From NCBI GenBank assembly GCA_011109175.1, contig RDEW01000003.1, positions 1,759,494-1,823,493 on the forward strand: a stretch of 64,000 nt of DNA, in the 5' to 3' direction. Below, one piece after another: positions 35,840 to 47,999 of the stretch. Under the pieces are notes generated by a model. It saw only the letters and a list, made by a program, of their open reading frames with translations, had not been told where the DNA came from and ran no database searches. Both the position numbers and the translations under genes were made by a program. This DNA comes from Dicyema japonicum (lineage: Eukaryota > Animalia > Dicyemida). The stretch's first letter is position 1. Every line of letters starts with the position of its first letter.

Positions 35840-38800
35840 ATGTCTAAATCAAATCCTGCTGAATCAGCCCGCCAAGAAGAGCCTAAACTCCTTGATTCTG
35901 GATGGGAAGTTCAACAAACTAAAGTATTCAAACATAATAACGAATATTTCTAGACGTTTATGGCTTGGTGTAATACTTACCTTAAAAAACGTAGATTGGA
36001 AGTCAACGAATTGACTCAGGATTTCACAAGCGGGTACATGCTTCAGCAATTACTCGAAATCATATCCAATGAAAGTCTTCCAAAGTTGGACACTGGGAAT
36101 CATCGTCTCATTAAAATACTAAACATCAATAAAAGCTTGGAATTTCTGAAATCAAAGGAAATCCAGTTGGTTATGATTTCTGGTGAAGGTGCCATTGTGC
36201 TATTTACTTTATAAGACATCGCTGATGGAACCAAAAAAATGACGCTAGGGTTGTTATGGACTATCATTCTTCGTTTTTCCATACAAACAATATCAGTTGG
36301 AGGTAGTTTAACCATTTTATATTTCACAGAGAGAAGCGCGAAAGAAGGATTGCTTTTATGGTGTCAACGTAAAACGAAGGACTACCAAGGAGTTTCAGTC
36401 AACAATTTTGTTCACAGGTAATATTCATCAATATTTTATAAAATGGATAATTTTTCGCAGCTCAGTTTCATAATTAATTCATAATTTATGGAAATTTAGT
36501 TTTAATGATGGGAAGGCCTTGTGTGCATTAATTCACAAACACCGCCCGGAGTTGCTTGACTACGACCAATTGGATAAGGTAACTCAGTCGGAATAAAACT
36601 AGAATAATCACTGGGAAAATATAATCAAGGCATTTAACACAGCTGAAGAAAAACTTGATATTCCACCAATGTTGCAACCGGAATACCTACTGGAAGCACA
36701 CAACACAGGAGTTGTTGTCGATGAAAAATCGATGATGACATACATATCTTGTTTCTTTCACAAATTTGCGGGGGAAGAAAAAGTTCAGGCATGTTTTCAA
36801 TTTAAGTATGAAATTGCGTCTGAGAGAATAAAGCAAAAGTTAAACGACTTTAGAAACCTCGAAGAGCTAAAGAACACATTTGAATGTCTCAGTTCCCAGG
36901 TTACTGACACTTAGTAAGCTCTAGCTGTTATCTTGGATTCACGAGAAAAGCGATTGGTTAAGGGACCAAAAACATGAGTCCGATGACCACGAGGCTTGCT
37001 TACAATGCCTTCATCAAAAGAATATAGAATTTCGGTCATATATTGTGGATGACAAAACACTGAAATTAAAAGAAAAGGTGATCTCGAATCAATACTGAAG
37101 TGATATTCAATCTATGATACGGATTGGAAATTTCCCGCCATATATTCTACACGCTGATTTAGACATTGATGTTTGCTTATTAATAAATTTACAGAAAATT
37201 AACACTGATTGGGGTATTCTCAGTGAATGTGAGAAGGAATTTAAGGCCTGGACATATAGAGAAATTGAAAGGTCGATATTGCCATTATTTAAGGTTATTT
37301 AAAATAATAGCTCTTGATAAACAATATCACAATAAAATAAAGTATTTTGAGAAAATCTTTCAAAGTGGCGCCAATCTATTGGATGCCAAGGACACGAAGC
37401 TAGCTGATACACTCTACAAAGCCGAAGTCTGTCGTTTAAATATTACAGGGATTCAAAAAATCATTAGAATCGTCCAAAAACGAGCTGGAGACGCTAGAAA
37501 TGTCAACATTGCTGGAGAATATGATTTTCCAATTAAAGTATTGAGATTGTCTTTTTCTCATAGAGAACTGGAGTACAATCAGATCGAGCACTTGGAGCTA
37601 CAAAAAACGGTTACTTTATGTCGCTCACAAATATAGAAACTTGAAAACATCCACAATGATCTAAGAGAGACGACTAATCGGAAAATTGGTGAACTAACGG
37701 TTTTTATTAAAGTTAAATGTAGCACATAATCGATTATCTGAATGAAAGTGACAAGTTATTTGGGAGTCATGCATACGTGGCCTTAGTATCATTATAATCT
37801 CATTCAAAGAAAGTCAAAAGTAAGATCGACAAATGTGAGGACATTGTGGACAGGGATGTGAACATCAGAACTTCCAAGGACGTTAAAGTACCTTTCAAGT
37901 GAATCAACAGGAATTTGAAAATTATGCCGTTCAAGCAAACGAGAATTATAAAGACCTTTCCGAGGAAATGAAGCAATTGGACGAAATTACCGTGAAATTG
38001 AAGAAAATTGAGAATGACGAGGAATGCAAACTGCCTCCTAACCCCTATAATTCGATTAAATACGATGTAATGTTTGAGATAATTCAAAGGATCTGTCATT
38101 AATGTTTACAGAATTGGAAAAAAAGGTGACTGCTTTTTCTCAAAATGTCGAAATGGAAAAGGAAAAATTTGTTAAAATCGATAAGTTATGCATGGAATTT
38201 TCCTCATTGGGCGAAGACTTTAGCGGGGAGATTGACAAATTCCTGAATAAAATTTCTGCCATAATGCTCGCGAATGAATCATTTGAGTCCAAAAAGTCTC
38301 TCCTTGAAAAGATAAGACAGGATTTAGTCGAGAAACAGAAAAACTACGACAAGGTGATTTCTGTTTGTAGGCAACTCGATGACTTTGGTGCTATTTTGAA
38401 TCCATACACCAATATAACAGCCGAAGTTGCCCATCTGTTTTACCACATAGATAATTATCTCAAAATGGGAGCTGTTATATTCAACGATTAGCTATAAAAT
38501 CGATGAACTGAATTCTCAAATATCAATTAGAGACTCCAAAGGCATCACGAATAAAGACATTGAGGAATATCGCCGAACATTTAAACGATTTTCCCACTCA
38601 TTTGGGGATAAACTTATCTATGATGAGTTCAGAGGGCTACTGCTGAGTGAAGGAATTGACGTGTCCGAGGATAAAAAGGTTATTAGAGTTATATAGAATT
38701 AGGGCAATGTTGAATTTGATCGGATAATCAAACTGGTTGACCAGAAAAATACAGGATATGTTATTTTCCCGGATTTTCTTCAGTTCATGATAAACAAGGC

Positions 38801-39008
38801 TATTGGAAAAAATTCAGCTGATGAACTCATCAATAATTTGAAGGTTCTTGCAAATGACCGGGAAGGGTATATAACTGAAAAGGAATTGAGAAAAGAAATG
38901 GGACCAGAAGAGGTCAGGTTTTGCCTAGAAAATATGGAAAAGTACAACGGTCCCGATGCTCCTCCTGATGCCTATGACTACATGTCCTTAGTCAACAAAC
39001 TGTACTAA
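35840..39008 (+). CDS. ACTN: Alpha-actinin (tandem CH domains, spectrin repeats, EF hands), many mini-introns
   Basis: WEVQQTK|[78 protein letters not shown]. Apparent stops at 37634 and 37795 fall in plausible 27- and 24-nt introns. A paired -1/+1 indel at about 37075-37098 creates a TGA. Confidence 0.95.
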
Positions 39009-39129
39009 GAAACTTCGTCCTAATTTATTAACATAATAATTATCGGATGCTATAATTTTGGGAATAATTATTTTGGTGGAATATTTTGGTTTTTATTAAA
39101 ATAAGTTATTTCCTATGGTCTGTCTCTTT

Positions 39130-40497
39130 CTTCACTTACCATTGCGTGGCTCACCGGATGCAACAATTCTGGAGGCGATCAAAATGCTCCTAAAGCATTT
39201 CCAAAGAGAGACATTAGCTCTCTTCCACCGGGGGTATATGTCGCCCTCGGTTGACGGATTACTGGTCTGGCTACTGCTTCTCGGATTCGCAACCTACACA
39301 AGTCAAAGGACCGGATCTCCGTTATATAACTGAATGTAAACGGAGTAAAAGGAAAAATTATTGAATTTAAAACTATGATTGTTACACTTAAAGCTGACAT
39401 CGTGCTCATCCAAGAATCGAAGCTATCAGCAAAAGATACTACGCCCCTCTTTCCGGGATGAACATAATACGTGCCGATCGCACTAAGAAACGTGGAGGAG
39501 GACTACTTACATTAATCAGAAAAGGCATAAAGTATGAGGACCATACACTCGAAGTTAAGAAACTTTTGGGGAGTAATGAAATCACGGAGACAATCGGAAT
39601 ATCTGTTGGCACAACAAAAGGAAGACTATATTTTGTAAACATGTATATTCCGCCTCCGGGCTCATGTCCGAAACATTACACTATGCCAGATTTATCAGCA
39701 CTGGAGATTTGGAACGTGATATGCGGCGATTTGAATGCTAAACACCCTCTCTGGCTCTTAAATAAGTCTGCAGATACAATAGAAATTTGCTGTTGACGCA
39801 GTCTGGAAATCTGACAATCATCAATGATCCATTAAAAAAGACAAGAACAGCTCAAAGGAACTCTTACAATCCAGAACACCTACATATAAAAGATCATTAT
39901 GCTCTCCCAAAATCAAATTGTTTAGATATGAAATTCCTATGAATAAGTCACCAACAATACTAGGATTAAAGTTGGATACTCTCCTGACATTCTGCCAACA
40001 CGTCAATGACGTTATTGCCAAGGTCAGGAGAAGGTCCAACATATTGAAAATTTTGTCCCGATCACCAATCGGGAGCAACACCTTTTTACTACAGAAAAAT
40101 TACAGACAATACATACTGCCAGTAATCGAATACACATGTTCTTCCTGGAGCTCGATGATTTCTGAATCGTCGTCTCAAAAAATAGAAGCCGCACAACTTG
40201 CTGCCTTGAAAATAACAAATAAGAAAACTGTGGATAACGTATTGAATCTTAAAGAACACCTAAGGTTGCGAGTGAACTCAATTCTACAGTGGGCAATGAA
40301 AACCGGCTGTCCGCTTTCACTCTCTATATCTGACTATGTAGAAAATGCGGGGAATCTATGGAGAATGAGACCGTCCCCGTTTCTACCAATTCTGTTGGAT
40401 TTTCGAGGACCCCGAACGAGAGCCAGAACCGGAAAACCGGGATCATTTAGTTAGTAGTTAACTTTTTCTAATCCGGTGATCTTGGGGCAAAAAAAAA
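39130..40497 (+). mobile_element. Internally deleted Vingi-like LINE retaining both ends
   Basis: Pseudoknot-like 5' region and APE (LNVNG, VLIQES, GDLNA). Near 39870 it joins the post-RT region (TILGLKLDTLLTF, PVIEYTCSSW), then 3' UTR ccggtgatcttgggg and poly(A). Confidence 0.8.
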
Positions 40498-41699
40498 TTC
40501 AGTTGTTATAAGATAGTCCTGAGGACATCTGAATTTCTCACTGGGTGGTTTTGCCCTCTATTTCTAAGGATCCCCCGCCACAAATGTATCCAATCTACAT
40601 AGTACTGAAAAGTGTCTTATACTGAAGAAAGATGTCCGGGAGAGTTATTCTGCTTTGAATCTCAAAATCTGCGAAACTAAATCTGTTTGTCGAGTTCGAT
40701 CACCAAGGTCATCGAAGACTTCGGAAGTCTGGGTGCAGTTCAGGATATAAAAATGTCAACCTTGAATAACCATAACTCAATTTCGATCAACTGTTCTCCT
40801 CGAATCAGACAAACCATTATATTATGACTATTTTGATGCTGACAGGAGTTAAAAATACGTTCGTCCTTATTGAACTAGCATCATAATAAATATAACTCTC
40901 TAGATATGACAGTATATCATTTTAGTAGTGATTATTGAGAAGAGAAATTTAGTTGTCAGAAAAAGAATTTTAAAACTCTCGAAAAGATACGATGCTAAAA
41001 CAATGAATTGCCTTAAACGAGAGACGTTATTAACAGGATCCGAGCAGTGAACACGAAGATCTCCGAAAGTGCTGAACGTTTACAAAGAAGGAAACTGGGT
41101 CGCATATCCACTGCCATGAACAAAAATGGATCACTTTCAAAGATGTGCAGGAAGTAGCGCAACATTAAAGACACTGTCTGTTGCGACCACAGTTTAACAT
41201 ATAAACATTGTCATTACAAATATAGTGTCATTAACAGTACGAGAATATATTTTTTTGTTTTTTACATAAGCAGCCATCAGATTACTAAAGATTAATCATC
41301 AGCAGTATGTAGCTAATAATAAATAACATTATAATGTTGGTCGCCTGTACTACACAATAAAACTTCCTTATTGAGTCCTTAACACAACCATTAATGGCTT
41401 TATTACACGCTATTCTCATCTTTTGGCTACTACTATACAAACCAACAAAACGTGACGTAAATTTAAAATCAATTCAAAACATTAAAAAAAAATTTTTTTT
41501 TATCAAAAATAACATTAACAATTAAACAAATGTCAGTTGAGGAAGCCTGCTGCGTGGATTGCGAACGAGTTCCCTCGGAGTATGGCTATTCCAATCTTTT
41601 GTCTTAGCCATAACCCTTCTCGTTGAAACATTTAAAATAAATAAAAATATATATTTTTGACTAATTTAAAATTTAATTCAAAATTAATATATCCTCATT

Positions 41700-42050
41700 A
41701 TGTCATCTAATCTTCTTTACAAGAGGACGAAGACCTCAAAAATTTCTAATGAGATTCTGGATACACGATGGAGGCTTTTCGGCCATATTCTGCAACTGGA
41801 CCTAGATGCCCCCGCGAACGTAGCCATGGAGGATTACTTCATATTGGAGGCCCCCGTTTCCGTGGTCGCACAAGGACGACACTGGCAGTCGTTCTCGACG
41901 AGGAACTCAAAGAAATGGGACGGCATCTTGGAAGTGGAGAGGATCTTGACTGGTTACGCACTGCGGCTTTGAATAGGAGGAAATGGATGAAACTAACCAG
42001 TGATTTGCTAACTCGTGTTGCACATGTTTTGTCAAGTCCTATGACATAGC
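41700..42050 (+). mobile_element. RTE LINE 3' fragment
   Basis: RWRLFGHILQL, RGRTRTT and ALNRRKWMKL are RTE C-terminal motifs. Confidence 0.8.
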
Positions 42051-42881
42051 GATAAGTGCTAATAATAATATATCCTCAATCAAACTAATAAAAAAGTAAT
42101 TGCATTAAACGTGGGACGCATCTAACAAGAGACGCTATTAACAGGATTAGAGCACTGAACACAGAGATCTCAGAAATTGATAAATGTTTACAAAGAAGGA
42201 AACTGGACAGCATATCCACACCCACTTTCCAAGATGTGGAAGATGTTACGGAATTTAAAATCGCTGACAGTAAGAATTAGGGAGACCTTGATTACCAGAT
42301 GGATCTAAACAAATTCATGAAGCATTGTGTGATTACAAGAATCGACATTCCTCTAATTCGAAACCGAATCCGTCATTTTATTTTCTACTGGGATATGTCA
42401 CATCAGAGATTTCCCGGTCAAAAAACACGCATTTATGTCGGCGGAATGGGATTTTAGCGATCCTGTCAAAAATCTTTCCACACTTACGACATTTTTAACC
42501 TACGCAATCAATTTAAACTCGCTATATGGAAACTATCTATTATTCACACGATCCTGAAGCCTGGAAAACCAAGGGGGCTCCTATAGAGTAGTGTCGATTT
42601 TGTGTCTCCAGACAAGAATTTTAGAAAGACTGATTATGATGTTCATCCGCCTTTCAAGGTTTCAATATGGCTTAAAATATAGAAGATCGATTGTTCCACA
42701 TCTAAATATGTCGCGAGCGCGTAGCGCACATATCGTATTTTTTAAAAAATTTATATATTTCTAATCTCTCGATGATACGAATAGATAGATAATTGTATTA
42801 ACATAACAAACTCGTTACTAATTACAAACTAATTAAAAAGGGAGAAACCAAAGAGTTTGTCCTGGTTGATGGGGTCTGGTA

Positions 42882-45800
42882 CAGTATGACCTCTATTTGG
42901 GGCACCTATTTAAAAAAATGCCCCAAAAACAGAGGTTTCCCAAAAATGGAGGTTTGGCATTTTCTTTAGATTTATCCACAGTTTAACAATTTAAATTTGC
43001 TTTTTATTAAATTTATAGATAAATAATGTTTTTTTCATAGATTTTTCAGAATTATATTAAAAACAAATTTATTTAACGATAACGATAGGAAAATAGTCTG
43101 TTAATTTCCCTCCGGTCGCGGATTTTTTCATTTGCATTCCTAATATTTTTCTGAAAATATAATAATCTTTCAAAGCTTTAGGAAACAAATTGAAAATGTT
43201 CTCTTCACGTGTATTCATCGCTGTTATTGTTTCCAAATAAAAATAGGTACATTTTACTCCGTCGTATATATTCTCGTCATCATTTTCTACTTCATTTTCA
43301 GTATATCTTTAATTATGCTATCTAAACTCTCCAATTCACCAATGAGAGAGTTTGAAAACGACATCAATTTTCTTCCAACAATTAGTAATTGATTCAGAGT
43401 GTATTTGTTGTCTTCCCAACAATAATGATTATTTGTCTTACTTGCTTTAAATTCAACATTGTACACTTATCATCCTCAAAAGATAGGGTAAAATCCATCA
43501 AATTATTTAAATAATTGGATTTGAAAGATTTAATAACTCCCATATCTAAGGGTTGAATTAATTATGTTGCATTTTTTGGCAGAAAAAAAGCTCAATGTTA
43601 GAAAAATAATTATTCTTATGACAACTTGCATTGTCAAGCAAAAGGACAATTTTTCAGTTGTGTTGAATCATTTTTTCATTGACAATGTTCAACCAAGTAA
43701 TAAATATATCAGATGTCATCCAACAATTTTTAGAAAACGAATATAAAACTCCGTGCTCTTCAGGGTTAAAATTTTTCATACAACGTGGGGATTTATATTT
43801 TCCTATTAATAATGGCTTCAATTTTTTCGCCACAAGCACTGACCGACAAAAGAATAGTGACTTTTTCTTTACTCCTTTTAATTCCAAAACAATCTTCATC
43901 TGAAGTTACAAATGATTTTTATGTTATTCATTTAATGTACAATCCCGCTTCATCGCAGTTGAAAATATTTTCAATGCCATAGTTATTAACATAGTCATAG
44001 TACTTATCAAAAAAAATTCCAGAGCAAAAAATATCACACGAATTTTTTTCACCACTTATTGTCTTAAATGACAAATTGTGTCTTTTCTTAAAATTTTCAA
44101 GCCAACCATTCGAACCTCTGAATGAGGTATAGTTCAAATTCCTAGCTACTTTTATAGCAATGTTTTTAAGAATAGGTCCTGAAACGGTAATAAATTATTC
44201 CCTTGCTTTAAAAAAGCATTCATAAACAATTTTATCGAATTTCTGTGACAGACTGTCTCTTCTCTGTGAAATTTGACTAAGACAATTTGATTGTACGGAC
44301 CCATTATTTATAAAGTTCATATAATTTTGTTTAATTCTAGATACTGCTCCTAAACAATAGAATTATCAGATAACCTTTACTAATTTTATACTTTTTGACA
44401 AAATCTCGTTCGCTCATGAAACAATTTTCGTTGATTTCTTTGGCAATTTTAAGCTTTAACTCCAAAGTAAGCTTCCTCCCCATGACAACAAAAACGCAAA
44501 ACTAGCACGCGAAGTTTAAGAAAATTTTATATAATTAAATTTAATATTAATTGCAAGACACGTGTGGTCTAAAAATCACTTGTGGTCTTGTTGTGAATAA
44601 TTGTATCATCATGGAGCGTCGTTCATACAATGGATCAACACACATTACACCCGAGAGACTGGACACTACATGCTCTACATGCGGTTTTGCCAATGCACGC
44701 AAATATGGACTTTTCTGCTCGTCTTGCCGTGACTTTTTCCACCTTGGATGCATAAAGATGTCTCAGCGGGCTGCGTGCTCGCTCTGCCTTTGGAACTGCA
44801 GTGTCTGCATGGGAACTGGTTGGAAAACCCAGAGGATCATTCCAAACGAGCACGTTGAACCAAACGAGCCTCTAGACTTCAATAATATGGACAACCTCTT
44901 GCTCTTCTTGTCGGATCTAAGGAAAGCCAGGAAGATCCCAATCAGGATCCCAAGACCCGTCCGGATCCCCGCGGCTACATGTCTGGTCTGCAATTGACAA
45001 TGCTCTCACTTCCGACGACCTGGAGGCCTGGCTAAAACTCCTCAGTTTTGCTCCGATGGCCCTTGGAATTCCATTTATCGACTCAAAGGGAGATTAACGG
45101 AATTCAGAGGAAAGCACGACACTTGGAAACTCCCTTTCCTCAAAAATGAAGAAGAACATCCAGGTTTTCTATGTGCATTCTCTCACCAAGACGGAAGTCA
45201 AGAAATCAAGACATTCTGATTCCAATCCTTCTGTTTATTTGAATGGCCCGGAAAAACTTAAAGAGAGAGTGAACCGCAAACTATTCGAAGGCGACGTCCG
45301 AGCGGCGTTGCGCGTCGTCGCCAGCGACGAAACTGTTATGGCTGCGACACCTGAGGTGCTAGAACTACTCAGACATAAACATCCATGTGCTCCGGAAGAT
45401 TACCGCCCATTCGTGCTTCCGGGAAATTTGTCAAGGATGACCGTCACCGAAGGCGAAGTGCGACGCGGCATTTCGTCCTTTGCGGCGAGTAGCAGTGGAG
45501 GCATCGATGGCTTGCGGCCGGGTCACATCAAAGATCTTACGGCGGAGGCTACTGCAGAAGCTGGCTGCAACCTTGTCAAATCAATTACAAAACTGGTTAT
45601 GCGTATTTTGAACGGAGATATTCCTCCCACGCAAGGGAGCTCCTTTTCAGTGCACATTTATTGGCCTTCAAAAAACCTGAAGGTGGGGTCCGCCACATCG
45701 CAGTCGGCAACTATTTCAGAAGATTGACAGCGAAAATTGCATGCAGCATTGTCTCTCCGAGAATATCTGAAGAATTTTCCCTTTCCAACTGGGGGTTGGT

Positions 45801-47825
45801 GTAAGGAACGGATGCGAGGCGGCAGTGCATGCTGCGAGGTGTTTTTTGGACAGAATGACGAACAAAACCCACACATTGGGGTCAAGCTGGACATCTGCAA
45901 TGCCTTCAATTCATTGAGGAGGGATCAAATTTTCGAAACTACAAGCAAACGAGCCCCGGAACTTATTCCACTTGTCTTCCTCGCTTACGGAACAAATTCT
46001 TCACTGGTTTTCGGGGACAAGATTATCTGTTCGGAGACCGGAGTTCAAAAAGGAGACCCACTTGGTCCACTACTCTTCGCTCTGGCCATCGATGAAATTG
46101 TCCGCTTTATAAACACACAACTTAACCTTTGGTATCTTGATGACGCCACAATTGGAGGGCCGTGGAGAAAAATACACGACGTTCTGTCACATGCCGTGCC
46201 AGCACTACGAAACCTCGGACTTGAGATAAACATAAAGAAATCGGAGCTAATAAATATCACATACTCGGAGAGTGATTTCATCAACGTGGTCGAGTCTTTC
46301 AACTCGGTATTACCTGGAATTACTGTCGTACCCAGGGAGCGGACATACTTTCTTGGGTGCCCACTTGACGAAAAGGAACTGCGGAGCCATCTACAAACAA
46401 AAGAGGATGAACTCTCCAGAGTCACGGAGAAATCTTTCCTTACTCGATGGTCATACAGCGTTTTTCTTTTGAAGAATAGCATCGGCTTGCCCAAACTCCT
46501 ATATGCTCTCCGATGTTCTCCCTGCTTCAAACATCGTGACATCCTCCTGTCACTGGATAGGACATTGAGAAAATCGCTGAATTACTTCTAAACATCCAGT
46601 TTGATGCGCCGAGTTGGAACCAATGCAAGCTTCCTACACGCCTCGGTGGAACGGGTCTCAGGTCGGCGCTGGAGATCGCCTATCCAGCATATGTGTCATC
46701 GCTCTCAAGTGGAAGCCTTTTGGTCCAAGAAATCCTACGTATTACAACCGGACTCTCTTGGGAAAAAGTCTTCGACGAAGCTCGTTGCGAATGGTGTGAA
46801 ACTGGTTTGGATATGCCGAACGATCCTTCGAGGCAACGTGACTGGGATGATATTTACTCCAAGAATATCTTCGACGTGCTAAAGTCTGAGGCCAACCAGC
46901 ATCGTCTTGCATGCCTCGTGTCCGCCGCCAACCATGGGAGCGGAGCGTGGCTGGATGCACTCCCGTCTTCCTCCCTGGGGACCCTATTGGACGATGACTG
47001 TATTCGGATTGGAATCGCACAACGCCTGGGAGCTGATGTTTGCGTCGAACACCAATGTCGCTGTGGAGGGATCGTCGATGCCAAAGGGCTGCACCGCTCT
47101 CGTGCAAAAGGAGTGCGGGCAGAGCACCCCGCCATGCTGCTATGAACAACATTGTCTTGCGAGCTCTTGAAGCGGCAGGCTTCCCGGCAGTATTGGAACC
47201 TGTGGGATTGGACCGCGGAGATGGGAAAAGACCGGATGGGTTAACTGTCTTTCCGTTCACTGAGGGAAAATCGCTCGTATGGGACTGCACTGTTGTGGAT
47301 TCTTTCTCGAACTCGATGATGCTCAGCTCGGCGCAGTCTGCTGGATCGGCAGCCGATCTGGCCGAAAAAATCAAGATTAAAAAATATGGCGAAATTGGAG
47401 ACCGCTACCGTTTTGTACCGATAGCAATCGAGACGTCTGGTGCGGCTGGAAGTATTACAGCCTCTTTCCTAAAGGAAATCGGGGGAAAATTGGCCCACCG
47501 CAAGAAAGACGTGCGGGAAGCGGTCTGGCTGAGGCAAAGAATTGGTATCGCCGTTATTCGCGAAAACGCTTACTTTGTGATGTCAGCAGCCGCTCTCCCC
47601 CATAGTTAATAAATAATATTTTATTGTTAATAAATTTTTGTTGTAAAAAAAAAAAAAAAAATTGCAAGACTTTATATAAATTAAAAAAAATTAAGTGCCC
47701 CACTAAGAGGTTCTGGTAATTTCCAAATTTGGAAATTACTGTATAAAAATGATCTGATTTTCAAACTGCCCCAAAGCCTGGGGGTGCCCCAATGAGGAGG
47801 TCCGCCCCAAATGGAGGTTGCACTG
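42882..47825 (-). mobile_element. pogo/Tigger-like transposon interrupted by a CRE retrotransposon
   Basis: TIRs CAGT-N3-ACCTC(T/C)ATTTGGGGC are flanked by TA at 42880-42881 and 47826-47827. The transposase starts MGRKLTLELKLKI at 44483 and contains FRGSNGWLENFKKRH, IFNCDEAGL and PLDMG. Confidence 0.85.
44560..47659 (+). mobile_element. Complete CRE-like RLE retrotransposon (PHD-RT-CCHC-RLE)
   Basis: 11-bp TSD AATTGCAAGAC (44549-44559 and 47660-47670) and poly(A) tail. N-terminal C4HC3 PHD; RT (GVQKGDPLGPLLF, WYLDD); CRCG..GLH knuckle; GKRPDG RLE. Several frameshifts. Confidence 0.93.
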
Positions 47826-47999
47826 TATAACGAAACACCATATGTCTCCTCTTCGAATTATTGACCCCTTGATCCGACAAGAATTATTTTTTCAAATGGT
47901 GCAATATTTCCTCAATGGATCTTGCACGTCTCTCATCACTAGGCGGTAATTTAGACTTTAAATCAAGTCCATATGCCAGTTTATAGATATCTTTTCGAT

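Noticed and set aside
37630-37800. In-frame TAG/TAA in actinin suggesting stop-codon reassignment or a pseudogene
   Set aside because: Both fall in plausible introns (27 and 24 nt); removing the 27-nt one restores the expected repeat length. MAT, the tetraspanin and PACS use TAG/TAA as normal stops.
44520-44560. Spliced-leader RNA gene as CRE target
   Set aside because: The flanks are the AT-rich upstream region of a pogo element; no SL-like or Sm-site sequence was recognised.
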